A DNA stretch of 64,000 nucleotides from Malacoraja senta (taxonomy: Eukaryota): NCBI GenBank assembly GCA_038087875.1, contig CM075997.1, positions 6,202,001-6,266,000 of the forward strand. Direction: 5' to 3'. Shown in pieces: positions 40,432-51,839 of the stretch. The translations under genes were made by a program, and so were the position numbers. Numbering within the stretch: the first letter of the stretch is position 1; each line of letters begins with the position of its first letter. A model generated the notes under the pieces. The model searched no databases and was not told the DNA's origin. It saw only the letters and a program-made list of their open reading frames with translations.

Positions 40432-42049
40432 CAGTGGCTTGCAAAAGTTTTCATACCCCTTGAACTTTTCCACATTTTGTCACGTTACAACCACAAATGT
40501 AAATGTATTTTATTGGGATTTTATGTGATAGACCAACACAAAGTGGTGCATAATTGTGAAGTGGAAGGAAAATGATACATGGTTTTCAAATTTGTTTACA
40601 AATAAAAAACTGAAAAGTGTCGCGTGCAAAAGTATTCAGCCCCCCTGAGTCAATACTTTGTCGAACCACCTTTCGCTGCAATTACAGCTGCAAGTCTTTT
40701 GGGGTATGTCTCTACCAGCTTTGCACATCTAGAGACTGAAATTTTTGCCCATTCTTCTTTGCAAAATAGCTCAAGCTCAGTCAGATTGGATGGAGAGCGT
40801 CTGTGAACAGCAATTTTCAAGTCTTGCCAGAGATTCTCAATTGGATTTAGGTCTGAACTTTGACTGGGCCATTCTAACACATGAATATGCTTTGATCTAA
40901 ACCATTCCATTGTAGCTCTGGCTGTATGTTTAGGGTCGTTGTCCTGCTGGAAGGTGAACCACTGCCCCAGTCTCAAGCCTTTTGCAGACTCTAACAGGTT
41001 TTCTACCAAGATTGCCCTGTATTTGGCTCCATCCATCTTCCCAGCAACTCTGACCAGCTTCCCTATCCCTGCTGAAGAAAAGCATCCCCACAGCATGATG
41101 CTGCCACCACCATGTTTCACAGTGGGGATGGTGTGTTCAGGGTGATGTGCAGTGTTAGGTTTCCACCACACATAGCGTTTTGCATTTAGGCAAAAAACTT
41201 CAATTTTGGTCTCATCTGACCAGAGCACCTTCCTCCACATGTTTGCTGTGTCCCCCACATGGCTTGTGGCAAACTGCAAACGGGACTTCTTATGGCTTTT
41301 TTTCAACAATGGCTTTCTTCTTGCCACTCTTCCATAAAGGCCCGATTTGTGGAGTGCACGACTAATAGTTGTCCTGTGGACAGATTCTCCCACCTGAGCT
41401 GTGGATCTCTGCAGCTCCTCCAGAGTTACCATGGGCCTCTTGGCTGCTTCTCTGATCAATGCTCTCCTTGCCCGGCCTGTCAGTTTAGGTGGACGGCCAT
41501 GTCTTGGTAGGTTTGCAGTTGTGCCATACTCTTTCCATTTTCGGATGATGGATTGAACAGTGCTCCGTGAGATGTTCAAAGCTTGGGATATTTGTTTATA
41601 ACCTAACCCTGCTTTACACTTCTCCACAACTTTATCCCTGACCTGTCTGGTGTGTTCCTTGGGCTTCATGATGCTGTTTGTTCACTAATGTTCTCTAACA
41701 AACCTCTGAGGCCTTCACAGAACAGCTGTATTTATACTGAGATTAGATTACACACAAGTGGACTCTATTTACTAATTAGGTGACTTCTGAAGGCAATTGG
41801 TTGCACTGGATTTTATTTAGGGGTATCAGAGTAAAGGGGGCTGAATACTTTTGCACGCGACACTTTTCAGTTTTTTATTTGTAAAAAAATTTGAAAACCA
41901 TGTATCATTTTCCTTCCACTTCACAATTATGCGCCACTTTGTGTTGGTCTATCACATAAAATCCCAATAAAATACATTTACGTTTGTGGTTGTAACGTGA
42001 CGAAAATGTGGAAAAGTTCAAGGGGTATGAATACTTTTGCAAGCCACTG
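40432..42049 (-). mobile_element. Full-length Tc1 (IR/DR type, Passport-like) DNA transposon
   Basis: Ends TA|CAGTGGCTTGCAAAAGT and ACTTTTGCAAGCCACTG|TA. TIRs of about 213 bp (40432-40644, 41836-42049) each contain an inner direct repeat TGCAAAAGTATTCAGCCCC. Confidence 0.97.
40650..41669 (-). CDS. Tc1 transposase, 339 aa, DD34E
   Basis: Uninterrupted ORF with paired-like HTH, GRPPK linker, WSDETK, FQQDNDPKH and SSDLNPIE; 34 residues between the second D and the E. Confidence 0.95.
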   Translation of the reverse strand: MKPKEHTRQVRDKVVEKCKAGLGYKQISQALNISRSTVQSIIRKWKEYGTTANLPRHGRPPKLTGRARRALIREAAKRPMVTLEELQRSTAQVGESVHRTTISRALHKSGLYGRVARRKPLLKKSHKKSRLQFATSHVGDTANMWRKVLWSDETKIEVFCLNAKRYVWWKPNTAHHPEHTIPTVKHGGGSIMLWGCFSSAGIGKLVRVAGKMDGAKYRAILVENLLESAKGLRLGQWFTFQQDNDPKHTARATMEWFRSKHIHVLEWPSQSSDLNPIENLWQDLKIAVHRRSPSNLTELELFCKEEWAKISVSRCAKLVETYPKRLAAVIAAKGGSTKY

Positions 42050-42891
42050 TATATACCACCCTCTCACCTTTGAAACTGTTTGGAGGAATTTTAAGCTCTC
42101 TTGTATTTATTGTATACTTTATCTTATATTAATAAACCATTTAGTACTACACAACACTACTGATTGATTATAATGCTCTTGGCCCAGGTCATAATTTTTT
42201 ACAAAGAGTTATTACAAACCCAAGAGGTATAAAGTACCATAACTTACCAGTTTACCTGCTTGCCGAACATAGCCATGGTCATGTTCCCTCAGCTGATAAG
42301 AGTGCATTATATACTAGTCTTTTGTATAGTTGATGCAGTTAGCAATTTTGCTCCTGTGAATGCATCTTGATTGTTAAATGAGATGCCAGTGTACACAGAA
42401 ACAACTGTGAAAATATTTTGCGGTTTCATTCATTAGAAAAAAAGTTTGTTGTCATCAGTGTGATTTGAGAAAATGGACCTCAAAAGAATGTACGAAAGCA
42501 ACAGATTGTTCTTGGGGTTGAGTTTGTATTCAGGGAGAAAGGAACCATCTGATAGTTTGTATATGGGCCCGAACTCTCTATTTTCCTATGTGGGTTGGGT
42601 GGTCTCTTCATTTTCTATTTGAATTCATTATTTTACTTACAATCAAAAATCTGATGCATTTTTGGTATAATTACAACAGAGATTATTTTAGTTCCACTTC
42701 AGATGAAAATTTGATGTGGGACTAAAATAGAGTGTGCTCTAATTATAAAATAAAATAGTCCCTGAGTTCAGCAGCTAATGAGGTAATACCATGAATTTCA
42801 ACAGCAAAAGCAAAACATGAGAGTGACGTTTGTGCACTTTCTAAAGATCTAAACCATAAGAATGTATTCATCTCACATATTTCAAGTTTAC

Positions 42892-42922
<31 letters not shown>

Positions 42923-44204
42923 CTAGACCAACTGGGACCCGTTGGGCCCTTGTCACATGGGAGGCCTGGTCCCCCAATGCAATATTGCACCCTTCACCCA
43001 TGGCCCCCATGGGAGGACTGGTCCCCCAACACAACTCGTTCACCAAGGCAATATTCCACCACTCACCCGTTTCCCAAACGGGTGGCCTGGTCCCCCAACG
43101 CAACCCGTTCACCAAGGCAATATTGCACACCACTCACCCATTTCTCCAATGCAACCCGTTCCCCCAACGCAAGATGCCAGCACTCACCCATAGCCCCCAA
43201 CTGTGCAGGGGCTGCTTAAAAATCAGTGTACTGTGACATTAAAACCCTCCCTCCATGCTGCCAGGATTTTTTTTAAAGGGTACTGGACTGAGTGTGCCGT
43301 GATTGCAACAATGTAGCAATTGTGACATCATCACTGGAAGCTGCCAGAAACGTCTCGTCCGTTATTATTCTCAAAGTTGGCTTTTTTTAACATTTAAATA
43401 TCAATAACTTGTAGAATATAACATCAAATCTGAAGGTAACTTGACAAGATCGACGACGGAAAAAGCCGAGTAAGGTTCTGCAAAAATGTTAGCGCTACCG
43501 TGTACCGTTTTGACATAGATACAATCTCAATCAGCCACACACACACACGCATATATAGAAACAAGACAAGACTTTTAATATTATACTAGACCAAGTGGGA
43601 CCCGTTGGGTCCCTGTCAGAAGGGAGGCCTGGTCCCCCAGCGCAACCCGTTCCCCCAAAGCAATATTCCACCACTCACCCATAGCCCCACGGGTGGCCTG
43701 GTCCTCCAATGCAACCAGTTCCATATATAAGATTCCACCACTCCCTTGCCTCCCCCAGCACTGGACTTAAAAAAAAATCCAATTGCACCTCCCCTGCCTC
43801 CTGCACCACTTTCAATTCCAATTCCAATTCCAATTCCCCTGGCCCCACCCCCTCCTGTGCTGGCAGGAGTAAGTGTTCTATGATGGCAACATTGTTGCAA
43901 ATGTCAGGGGACTGTGAGATTCCATTCAGGTGAAAACTTGGTGGAAGCACAGAGTGTTCCTGGATTGCAACTTTGTATGAACGTTTGTTGTAAGCTGGGG
44001 CTGCAAGGATTTAACAGTAAAACCCTTTTTAAAGTTGGCTTTTTTAGACCTTTAAATAGCAATAACGTGAAATATAACATAAAATCTGAAGGAAACTTGA
44101 CAAGGGCGATGATGGGAAATAGCTGAGCAAGGTTCTGAAAAAACGTTTGTGCTAACTTGTACTGTTTTGGCGTAGATACGATCACAATCACAGACACAGA
44201 CACA

Positions 44205-44268
<64 letters not shown>

Positions 44269-44302
44269 GAAACAAGACAAGACTTTTAATAGTATATATA
44301 GA
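42923..44302 (-). mobile_element. Two head-to-tail non-autonomous Helitrons (44302-43586 and 43585-42923)
   Basis: On the minus strand the 5' end is A|TCTATATATACTATTAAAAG, followed by (GT)n. Both units end in GGG(A/C)CCAACGGGTCCC-type hairpin + CTAG (43586-43589 and 42923-42926). Confidence 0.82.
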
Positions 44303-44312
44303 TATACATATA

Positions 44313-45132
44313 TCATATCCTTATCAAAACTCAGATCTTGTTAGTGTGTATATGTGTGTGAGTATATGTGGTTGTCTTTACATCATCACGAAAAAACGAC
44401 ACTGTAACGATAACATTTTTTACGTATTCCGGTTGACATTTTTCCCGTTGAGGCGGGAAACACCTTATCTGAACATTTCATGCTTTATTTCTCGACTTAT
44501 TACTGATTAAAGTTTAAAACCATGAAAAGACTTTGAAATTAAAACCACCAGCTTCAAATGATGACGTCACAATGGCTCAGTTAGCAGAGACTAGCCTGAA
44601 TGAAGATTTCATCCTATATTTGACACTTTATTCGCGATTAAAGCTTTAAAAATGCCAGCTTTCACAATATTTTTACATATTCTGATTTACATTTTTCCCC
44701 TCAAGGCTGATATCACTTTCACTGAACATTTTATGTTTTATTTCTCGACTTAATACTGATTAAATTTTTAAAAAATCAAGCAATATAGATTTCAATCCTA
44801 TATTTGACATTATTCACGATTAAAACTTTAAAAATGCCAACTTCACAAGATTTTTACATATTCTGATTCACATTTTTCCTCTTGAGGCAGAGATCACCTT
44901 CAAATGATGACGTCACAATGGCTTGAGGAGGGAGGGCGATTTGCTATTGCAACACGCAGGGCAAGTGCAATTGGAATTTTTTTTAAAGATCACTGCTGAG
45001 GAAGGCAAGGGGAGCGCTGGAATCTAACTTTGGGGAACGGCTTGAGTTGGAGGACCACGCCTCCCGTGGGGGCTACGGGTAGGGAACAGGTGCATTGGCA
45101 GAGCAGACCTAATGGGTCTGCAGTTGTTCTAG
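44313..45132 (+). mobile_element. Non-autonomous Helitron with an internal duplication of about 190 bp
   Basis: 3' hairpin GCAGACC-TAATG-GGTCTGC, then AGTTGTTCTAG|T. The body is homologous to 25360-25605. Confidence 0.8.
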
Positions 45133-46352
45133 TATATATCTACAAATGGCACACATGCCTTCATACATTTCAGTCCTAGTGTGTTTCTAAACATTGTACT
45201 AATTCAGTGGTTGCTGTTGAGGTATGAACATGGTTAACATTTCAACAATTGTGCCAGATAACAAGTGTACATATTTGTGGTTGAGATTGTGACTTAATCC
45301 CCCCCAGCCCCCCCCCCCACCAACTTCTTAAGATCCCTCAAAACTTACATCTGTGAACCTTTCCCCACCATCTGCTTTTGTTGAAAGTAATTAAACTCAC
45401 CCGACCTGTGTGATCTTAATCTTAATATTAATAGTTGATTTATCAGGACAGTCATGTTTTCAAGGCAAACAGTTTTGGATTATAAGGTAGCATCTGATTG
45501 GAAATCAAGGAAGTGTGCACTCACCAGTGGACTGTGCATATGATCAGTTCTACATTTAACTTACTACAAAAGTAGCCAACATGGTCAGTTCAAGTTTTGG
45601 TGATTCCAGAATGTTATTACTGCATAATTGCAATATAAATTTAAAAAGTCTGACAACACCGATGATAATTCACTTGAAAAGTAGCTGAGAGGTTAATAGT
45701 AGTGAGGATCTTATAGTGTAAATTGTGTTTATGAACTTAACCAAATAACAAAAATTTCACTAAAACTACTTTTTTCTTTCCCCTCGTCCACCCCGTCTCC
45801 CCCCCCCCCATTTCAAAGCCACTTTCATGATGGTCCTGCATATGCCTGCAACTATTCTAGACTGAATAATGAGTGTTCAGCTGAGAACTATTGTTGGCAC
45901 CAAACAACAGCATCTCTGTATGCATAATTGCAGTGAGGAGCAGCAGCAGGAACCCCAGCAAATGTGTATGTCCACATCAGTTTCATTTAAGACACTACAT
46001 CTCCATCTATGCTGAGATCAACTAATCTTGCAGAAATCAGGAATCAAGCAAGTGCCTGAAAACGAGGCTCGGTTAGCACCTGGCCTTTTGGTGCTTTAAA
46101 ACTATTTAAACCTTCAATTCAATATCTAGCAAATGGATTTGTGCTATCTTATTACAAGTACACATAGAGTAAGGGCAAACAAAACCCTTGAAGAAAGTGT
46201 TAGGTTCTTTCATGCAAATAAAGGGAACTCATCATCCACTTGAGTTCCCATTGAATGACTGGTTTGCCATAGGGCAGCGAATGGCGTTGATCAGCTGCAC
46301 CTTATGGAAAGTAGCCCCAAGGCTTCACTCTTTCCCATTGATTTTATTTTCT

Positions 46353-47015
46353 CATGCCCCATGCTATGATGCATCCTGATAAAATGCTTTCTAAGATGTG
46401 TCTGTAAAAATTTGTGAGAGTTCTTGGGGACATGCCAAACTTCCTTAGAACAATTAGGAAGTTCGGTATGTCCCCAACAACTCTTGCAACTTCTGCAGAT
46501 GCGCCGTAGAAAGCATTTTATTTGGATGCATCACAGCATTGCTTGGGAACAGCTCCATCCAAGACCGCATTAAATTGCAGAGAGTTGTGGACACAGCCCA
46601 GACCATCACGCAAACCAACCTCCCTTCCAATGACTCCATTTGCACTGTACTTCCATCTACACTACACGCGGCCTCGGCAAGGCCACCAGCATAATCAAGA
46701 GTGTGCCTTCACCCAGGGTAATCCCTCTTCTCCCTTTTCCCATCCAAATGCATACCACCAGTTTCAGGGATAGTTTCTTCCCAGCTGTTATCAGGCAACT
46801 GAACCATCCTATCACCAACTAGAGAGCAGTCTACCACATTGGAGAAAGGAACATAGCCCTTGGAGTTTATCTTGCACTAAACGCTATTCCCTTTTTCCTG
46901 TATTGATATACCGTTGACGGCTTGATTGTTATCATGTATAATCTTTCGACTGACTGGATAGCACACAACAAAAAGCTTTTCACTGTACCTCGGCATATGT
47001 GACAATAAACTAAAT
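46353..47015 (+). mobile_element. Rex1/Babar-like LINE 3' fragment with an inverted 5' segment
   Basis: Plus strand from about 46455 encodes RKFGMSPTTLATSADA-like and TTSFRDSFFPAVIRQLN remnants. About 46353-46448 is the reverse complement of about 46454-46548. Confidence 0.75.
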
Positions 47016-47610
47016 GAAACCAATTTCCTAACTTCATCCCCGATATCCTTCCTTAACTTTACATCCAATCTTCGTTCTCTTGGATTTCCTCGCTCCCATT
47101 CCTATCATTCAAAAGTACAATCAGCTGCCTGTTTGTCCATGACTTAATCTCCTCCTGAGGCATTATTTTTATGCAATTGAATCCATGTTCATCTCCTGGA
47201 CTGCTTCAAAGTCTACAGTCAAAGTGCAGAGTAAGTATCCTTGTGCCAAAACTACATTATTACAGAATTTCCAGCTGAGGATAATTGTCCATCTTTCACT
47301 ATGCTAACCCAGTAAGTCACTGTACCAACTTTAAATGAAGGTATGTGGAAGTAGAATATGATGGGGAGAATTTTCATCACAGTTCTCCCAATCTGTGTCA
47401 TATTTTTCTAAACCTTCCACCATTCCTTCTCCGAAGTTGCTGTGGGTAACCTGAGTAATTCCAGCATCTCCACCTTTTATTTATGTTTATGGTTTGAATT
47501 GATGTTTTCTCTTTATATGACTCTCTTTTGCAATTAGCCCCTTTGCAAAAGTAACAGTTTGAGAAAATCTCAGTTGAAAGAAATGTACATGGATTTTCCA
47601 GTGTGGGTAG

Positions 47611-47898
<288 letters not shown>

Positions 47899-49075
47899 TA
47901 AGTATTACATGCTGAATTAAGCATTTCTTCCTTGCATCTAAACCAATGATTAAGGTTGAATTTTTGAGGACATGTTCACTTTCTCTGATTTTAAAACATA
48001 TTTTGATTACAAAGAAAAGAGAACAGAACAGCACAGCAATAGGCCCTTATGCACACAATGTTTGTGCTGACCACAATACCAATGTAAACCTGCCTGTACG
48101 CGATCCATATTCTTCCATTCCCAGCATGTTCGAGTGCCTGTCCAAATCCCACTAAAATGTCATTATCGTGTCTAGTCATAAAATCACATAGCACGACAAC
48201 AGGTCCTTGTATGCAGCATCCATGCTGCCCAAGATGCCCATATCAGATAGTCCTATTTGCCTTTGTTTGATACATGCCCCTCTAAAACTTTCCTATTCAC
48301 ATGTCTGTCCAAATGTTTTTTAAATGGTGTTATAGAACCTGCTTCAACCATTTCCTCTGGCAGCTTGTTCCATACACATTCTGTTTGAAAATGTTGCCCC
48401 TCAGCTTCCTATTAAAACTTTCCTCTCTTACCTTAAACCTAAACCTTCTAGTTCTAGATTCTCAACCATGGGATAAAAAAGACTGCGTTCCCCTCATGAT
48501 TCTGTACACTTCTCTACGCTCAGTCTCTTCCACTCCATGGAATAAAGTCCCAGTCTGCCTAACCTCTCCCTAGAAAATCTTAGAAAACCTTCTTCACCAT
48601 ACATCACATTTTGGTGTCATCAGCTAATTTACTAACAATGCCAGCTGCATCGCAGAGGAGATTAACTTGTTTGGTACAAGCTCTGTGGCCAAATAATCTG
48701 TTCCTGTGTGGTAATTGTTCCATTCCCATCCAAATAATTAATTTAGATGACAAAGAACATTGAACCCAAAACTAATCTCAGTAGGTCATAGGCCGTTAAT
48801 CTGCAAAACAACTCTCTGTGACCACCCGCTGATTCCTACCAATAAACTAATTTTATACACAATTGGCTGATTCATCTATCATACTATGTGATTGAATCTT
48901 TCGGCCCAGCTTCTCAGAGGATTTCCTTGATTCCAGCCATCTTTACCTGACATACGTCTACTCCATTTTCCTGACCAGATCCTCAAAATCTCTCATCAAC
49001 CAGGGTTCTGTAATCCTGACAGCCTTGCCCTTCACTCTAACTAGAACATGTTGGCCCTGAATTCTTCCCATCTTA

Positions 49076-49828
49076 AGGGCCTGTCCCACTTGGGCGACCT
49101 AATCTGCGAGTTTAGAAGAGTTTGTCCTGGACTCAAACTCGCAGCATGGTCGACACGAGGTCCAAATAGGTCCTGTGAGGTCGCTGGAACTCTCCTTCAT
49201 GCTCGAGGGAAGTTCCCGAATACTCGCGGCCTCAGCTAGGTCGCAGAAAATTTTTCAGCATATTGAAAAAATTTCCGCGAGTAAAATTTGGTCGGCATAG
49301 GTCTTTTTGACTCGTAGTGTAGTGGGGTCGCTATTTAGTTACAGGCAGTCGAGGGCAGCCGTAGGCAATTTCCTTCGCTGACCGGGCATTTTGATTGGTT
49401 CATTGGAGTTTCAGGACCTAGGAAAACCTACCGGTAGGTAAAATGCCTGCTAAACTTTATTATACTTCTTAAAAGTGTCTCCATTCCTTCTCCCCCCCTT
49501 CTCCTCCCCCTTCTCTCCCCCTTCTCTCCCCTTCTCTCTCCTTCTCTCCCCTTCTCTCCCCACCCCCGCCCCCTGCGCTCTCTAAAGGACTTACCATACA
49601 CTGTGGCAGCCGTTTACTTTCCTCTTCATCGCGCAGACAGCGCTCCTCCGCTTTCCCATCGCGATGTGTTTGTGTGTGTTTGTGTGTGTAGTTCGGTCGA
49701 TGCAGCTCGCGGTTTAAACGCAGCCGGTCGATCCAGCTTTAGGCTTTCCAGGAGAGTGCCCTCGAGTTTGAAGGTTGAAGACACTCTTCTGGACTCGCGG
49801 ATTAGGTCGCCCAGGTGGGACAGGCCCT
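49076..49828. mobile_element. PIF/Harbinger-type MITE
   Basis: Ends TTA|AGGGCCTGTCCCACTTGGGCGACCTAATC and GATTAGGTCGCCCAGGTGGGACAGGCCCT|TTA. 3-bp TWA TSD, imperfect TIRs of about 65 bp, no ORF. Confidence 0.85.
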
Positions 49829-51596
49829 TTAATTTAAAAAACCTCCCACTTGCCACTACCTGCAAACAACCTCTCCCAATCAACCTTAGCAAGTTATCTT
49901 AACCTTGCCTCAATGCACTAGTCCTATTCTTTTCCATAACTATTTAAAAACTAATAAAATATAGTCAACGGTGCCAAAATGCTCCCTACTGACACTTCGG
50001 TCACTTGCTCTCATTATCTAATAGAAGGTCCAGTGTTTCTTCTTCTACGCATTGCTTCAGAAACCTTACCAAGACAGAATTAACAAATTCCACCTCTTCC
50101 AAGCCCGTGGCAATATGGCAGCCCCAGCACAACTGTCCTGCCTGGCCATAAATATATTTGTTCAACACTTTCTGGGACTTCTATTTATTTCCCAACAAGA
50201 TTTATGGAGGTGTCTGCATGTGCCCTCCCCAACATGGTAATATTTCACATGTTTGAGGGGTGTGCCTGGCTGCTTATCCAAATAAAGAATGGAATAATAT
50301 CAGAGCAGGTTCTCAAAATCTGGCACAAAATGAGTCCATGTCAACACTACAATTTTTACCTGCCAAAATCCTAATACCTAATCGTTCCTTCCCACCTCTG
50401 TCCCTCTCCCACCTCCTTTAGACACTCCTTCAAAATCTACTCAATTAATAACCATGGTTTTGATGACCTTCCTTAGCTTCTCATTCTGTGGTATTTTCTG
50501 ATGACACTCTGTGAAGTTTCTTCGAATATTTAACTACACTAAAGGTACTACTTGAATGAAAGTTGCTGGGGTCAAATAATACAAATACATTTACAAACTG
50601 GGTGATCAGCGCCATAAATTTGTGAGATAGAAATAAAATTGTTCAACAATTTTTTTACTTTCTTGAAAGATAAGCAGTCCAGTTTAAACAAAAACTGAAT
50701 TTTGCAGGACATGCATAATGTCACTTTTTAAATTATGAGTTGCTTCACACATGAACCTTTTTTTATTACAGAATTGGACAGAAGGTGAAGAATGTACAAA
50801 AAATATTCTCATGTAAACTCAAAGAAAAATAAGGAATTTTGCTTTGATGTATAGATGGAAGTTTGAGGATTTTTAATTCTGTTAAAAGTCTGAATGGGAA
50901 TAGTGATCATTGCATGTAAAGTGGCGTAATAGGAATGTGATTTATATTGAAATGAGCATGCTTCAATTTAAAGATAAGCTATTTCACAAGATGTTGGGAA
51001 ACTTGTTCAGGAGTGATGTATGGTTGAAATTATCTACCAGGTTAAGCACTGGAATCATGGGTATTATCAGAGTTCAAGTTTTCATCCTTGACATTCTGTG
51101 TGCAGTATTTTCTAGGACATTATATGTAACTGGGAATTTGAGAGAACAAAGACTGATTCATGTTCTTGAATTGCAGAAAAACAGCAATAGGTAGAATTTT
51201 TAATTAAATCAAATTGATATCTTTCTTTCTCAATCCTTATCAAAATGTCTTCAGATATTTGTTTCAAATGTTAGCATCAATATAGGGAATGCAGTTAATT
51301 TGTGAAGAACAAATGCCAGTAATGACTTGTCTCTGCTTACAAAGATATCCTTGAGGGATCTGTACAAATTTCACCACATTCACCTTGTTATATTTCTATT
51401 TGCTGTTTCATGTCAAATGTTATTGGTTATAAATTGTGGACAAGGTTTAATTATTCTGTCAATTTGGCTTGTCATTCATTGATCAGAAAAGTATATTGCT
51501 TTCAGTGTGATAGTCCAACGAAAAGTCACAGAATTATGACAAACGTTAAGAAAAGAAGCTTACAATGTCCAAGAGAGTGTTAAACTAAGGTATTAA

Positions 51597-51719
<123 letters not shown>

Positions 51720-51839
51720 TGAATTTTGAGCATTTTCCGTATATTGGCCGAAAGATTCTAATGGAGAAACTAAGTAACAGTCCGTAGAGTTCCATTCTTC
51801 TACATGGGATGTGTATTACTTTTGAGCAATGTGTCCCTA

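Noticed and set aside
42960..43200. Repeated GGTCCCCCAAC(G)CAACCCGTTC units separated by spacers, superficially CRISPR-like
   Set aside because: Eukaryotic context, the spacers are similar to each other, and the units are subterminal repeats of the Helitron.
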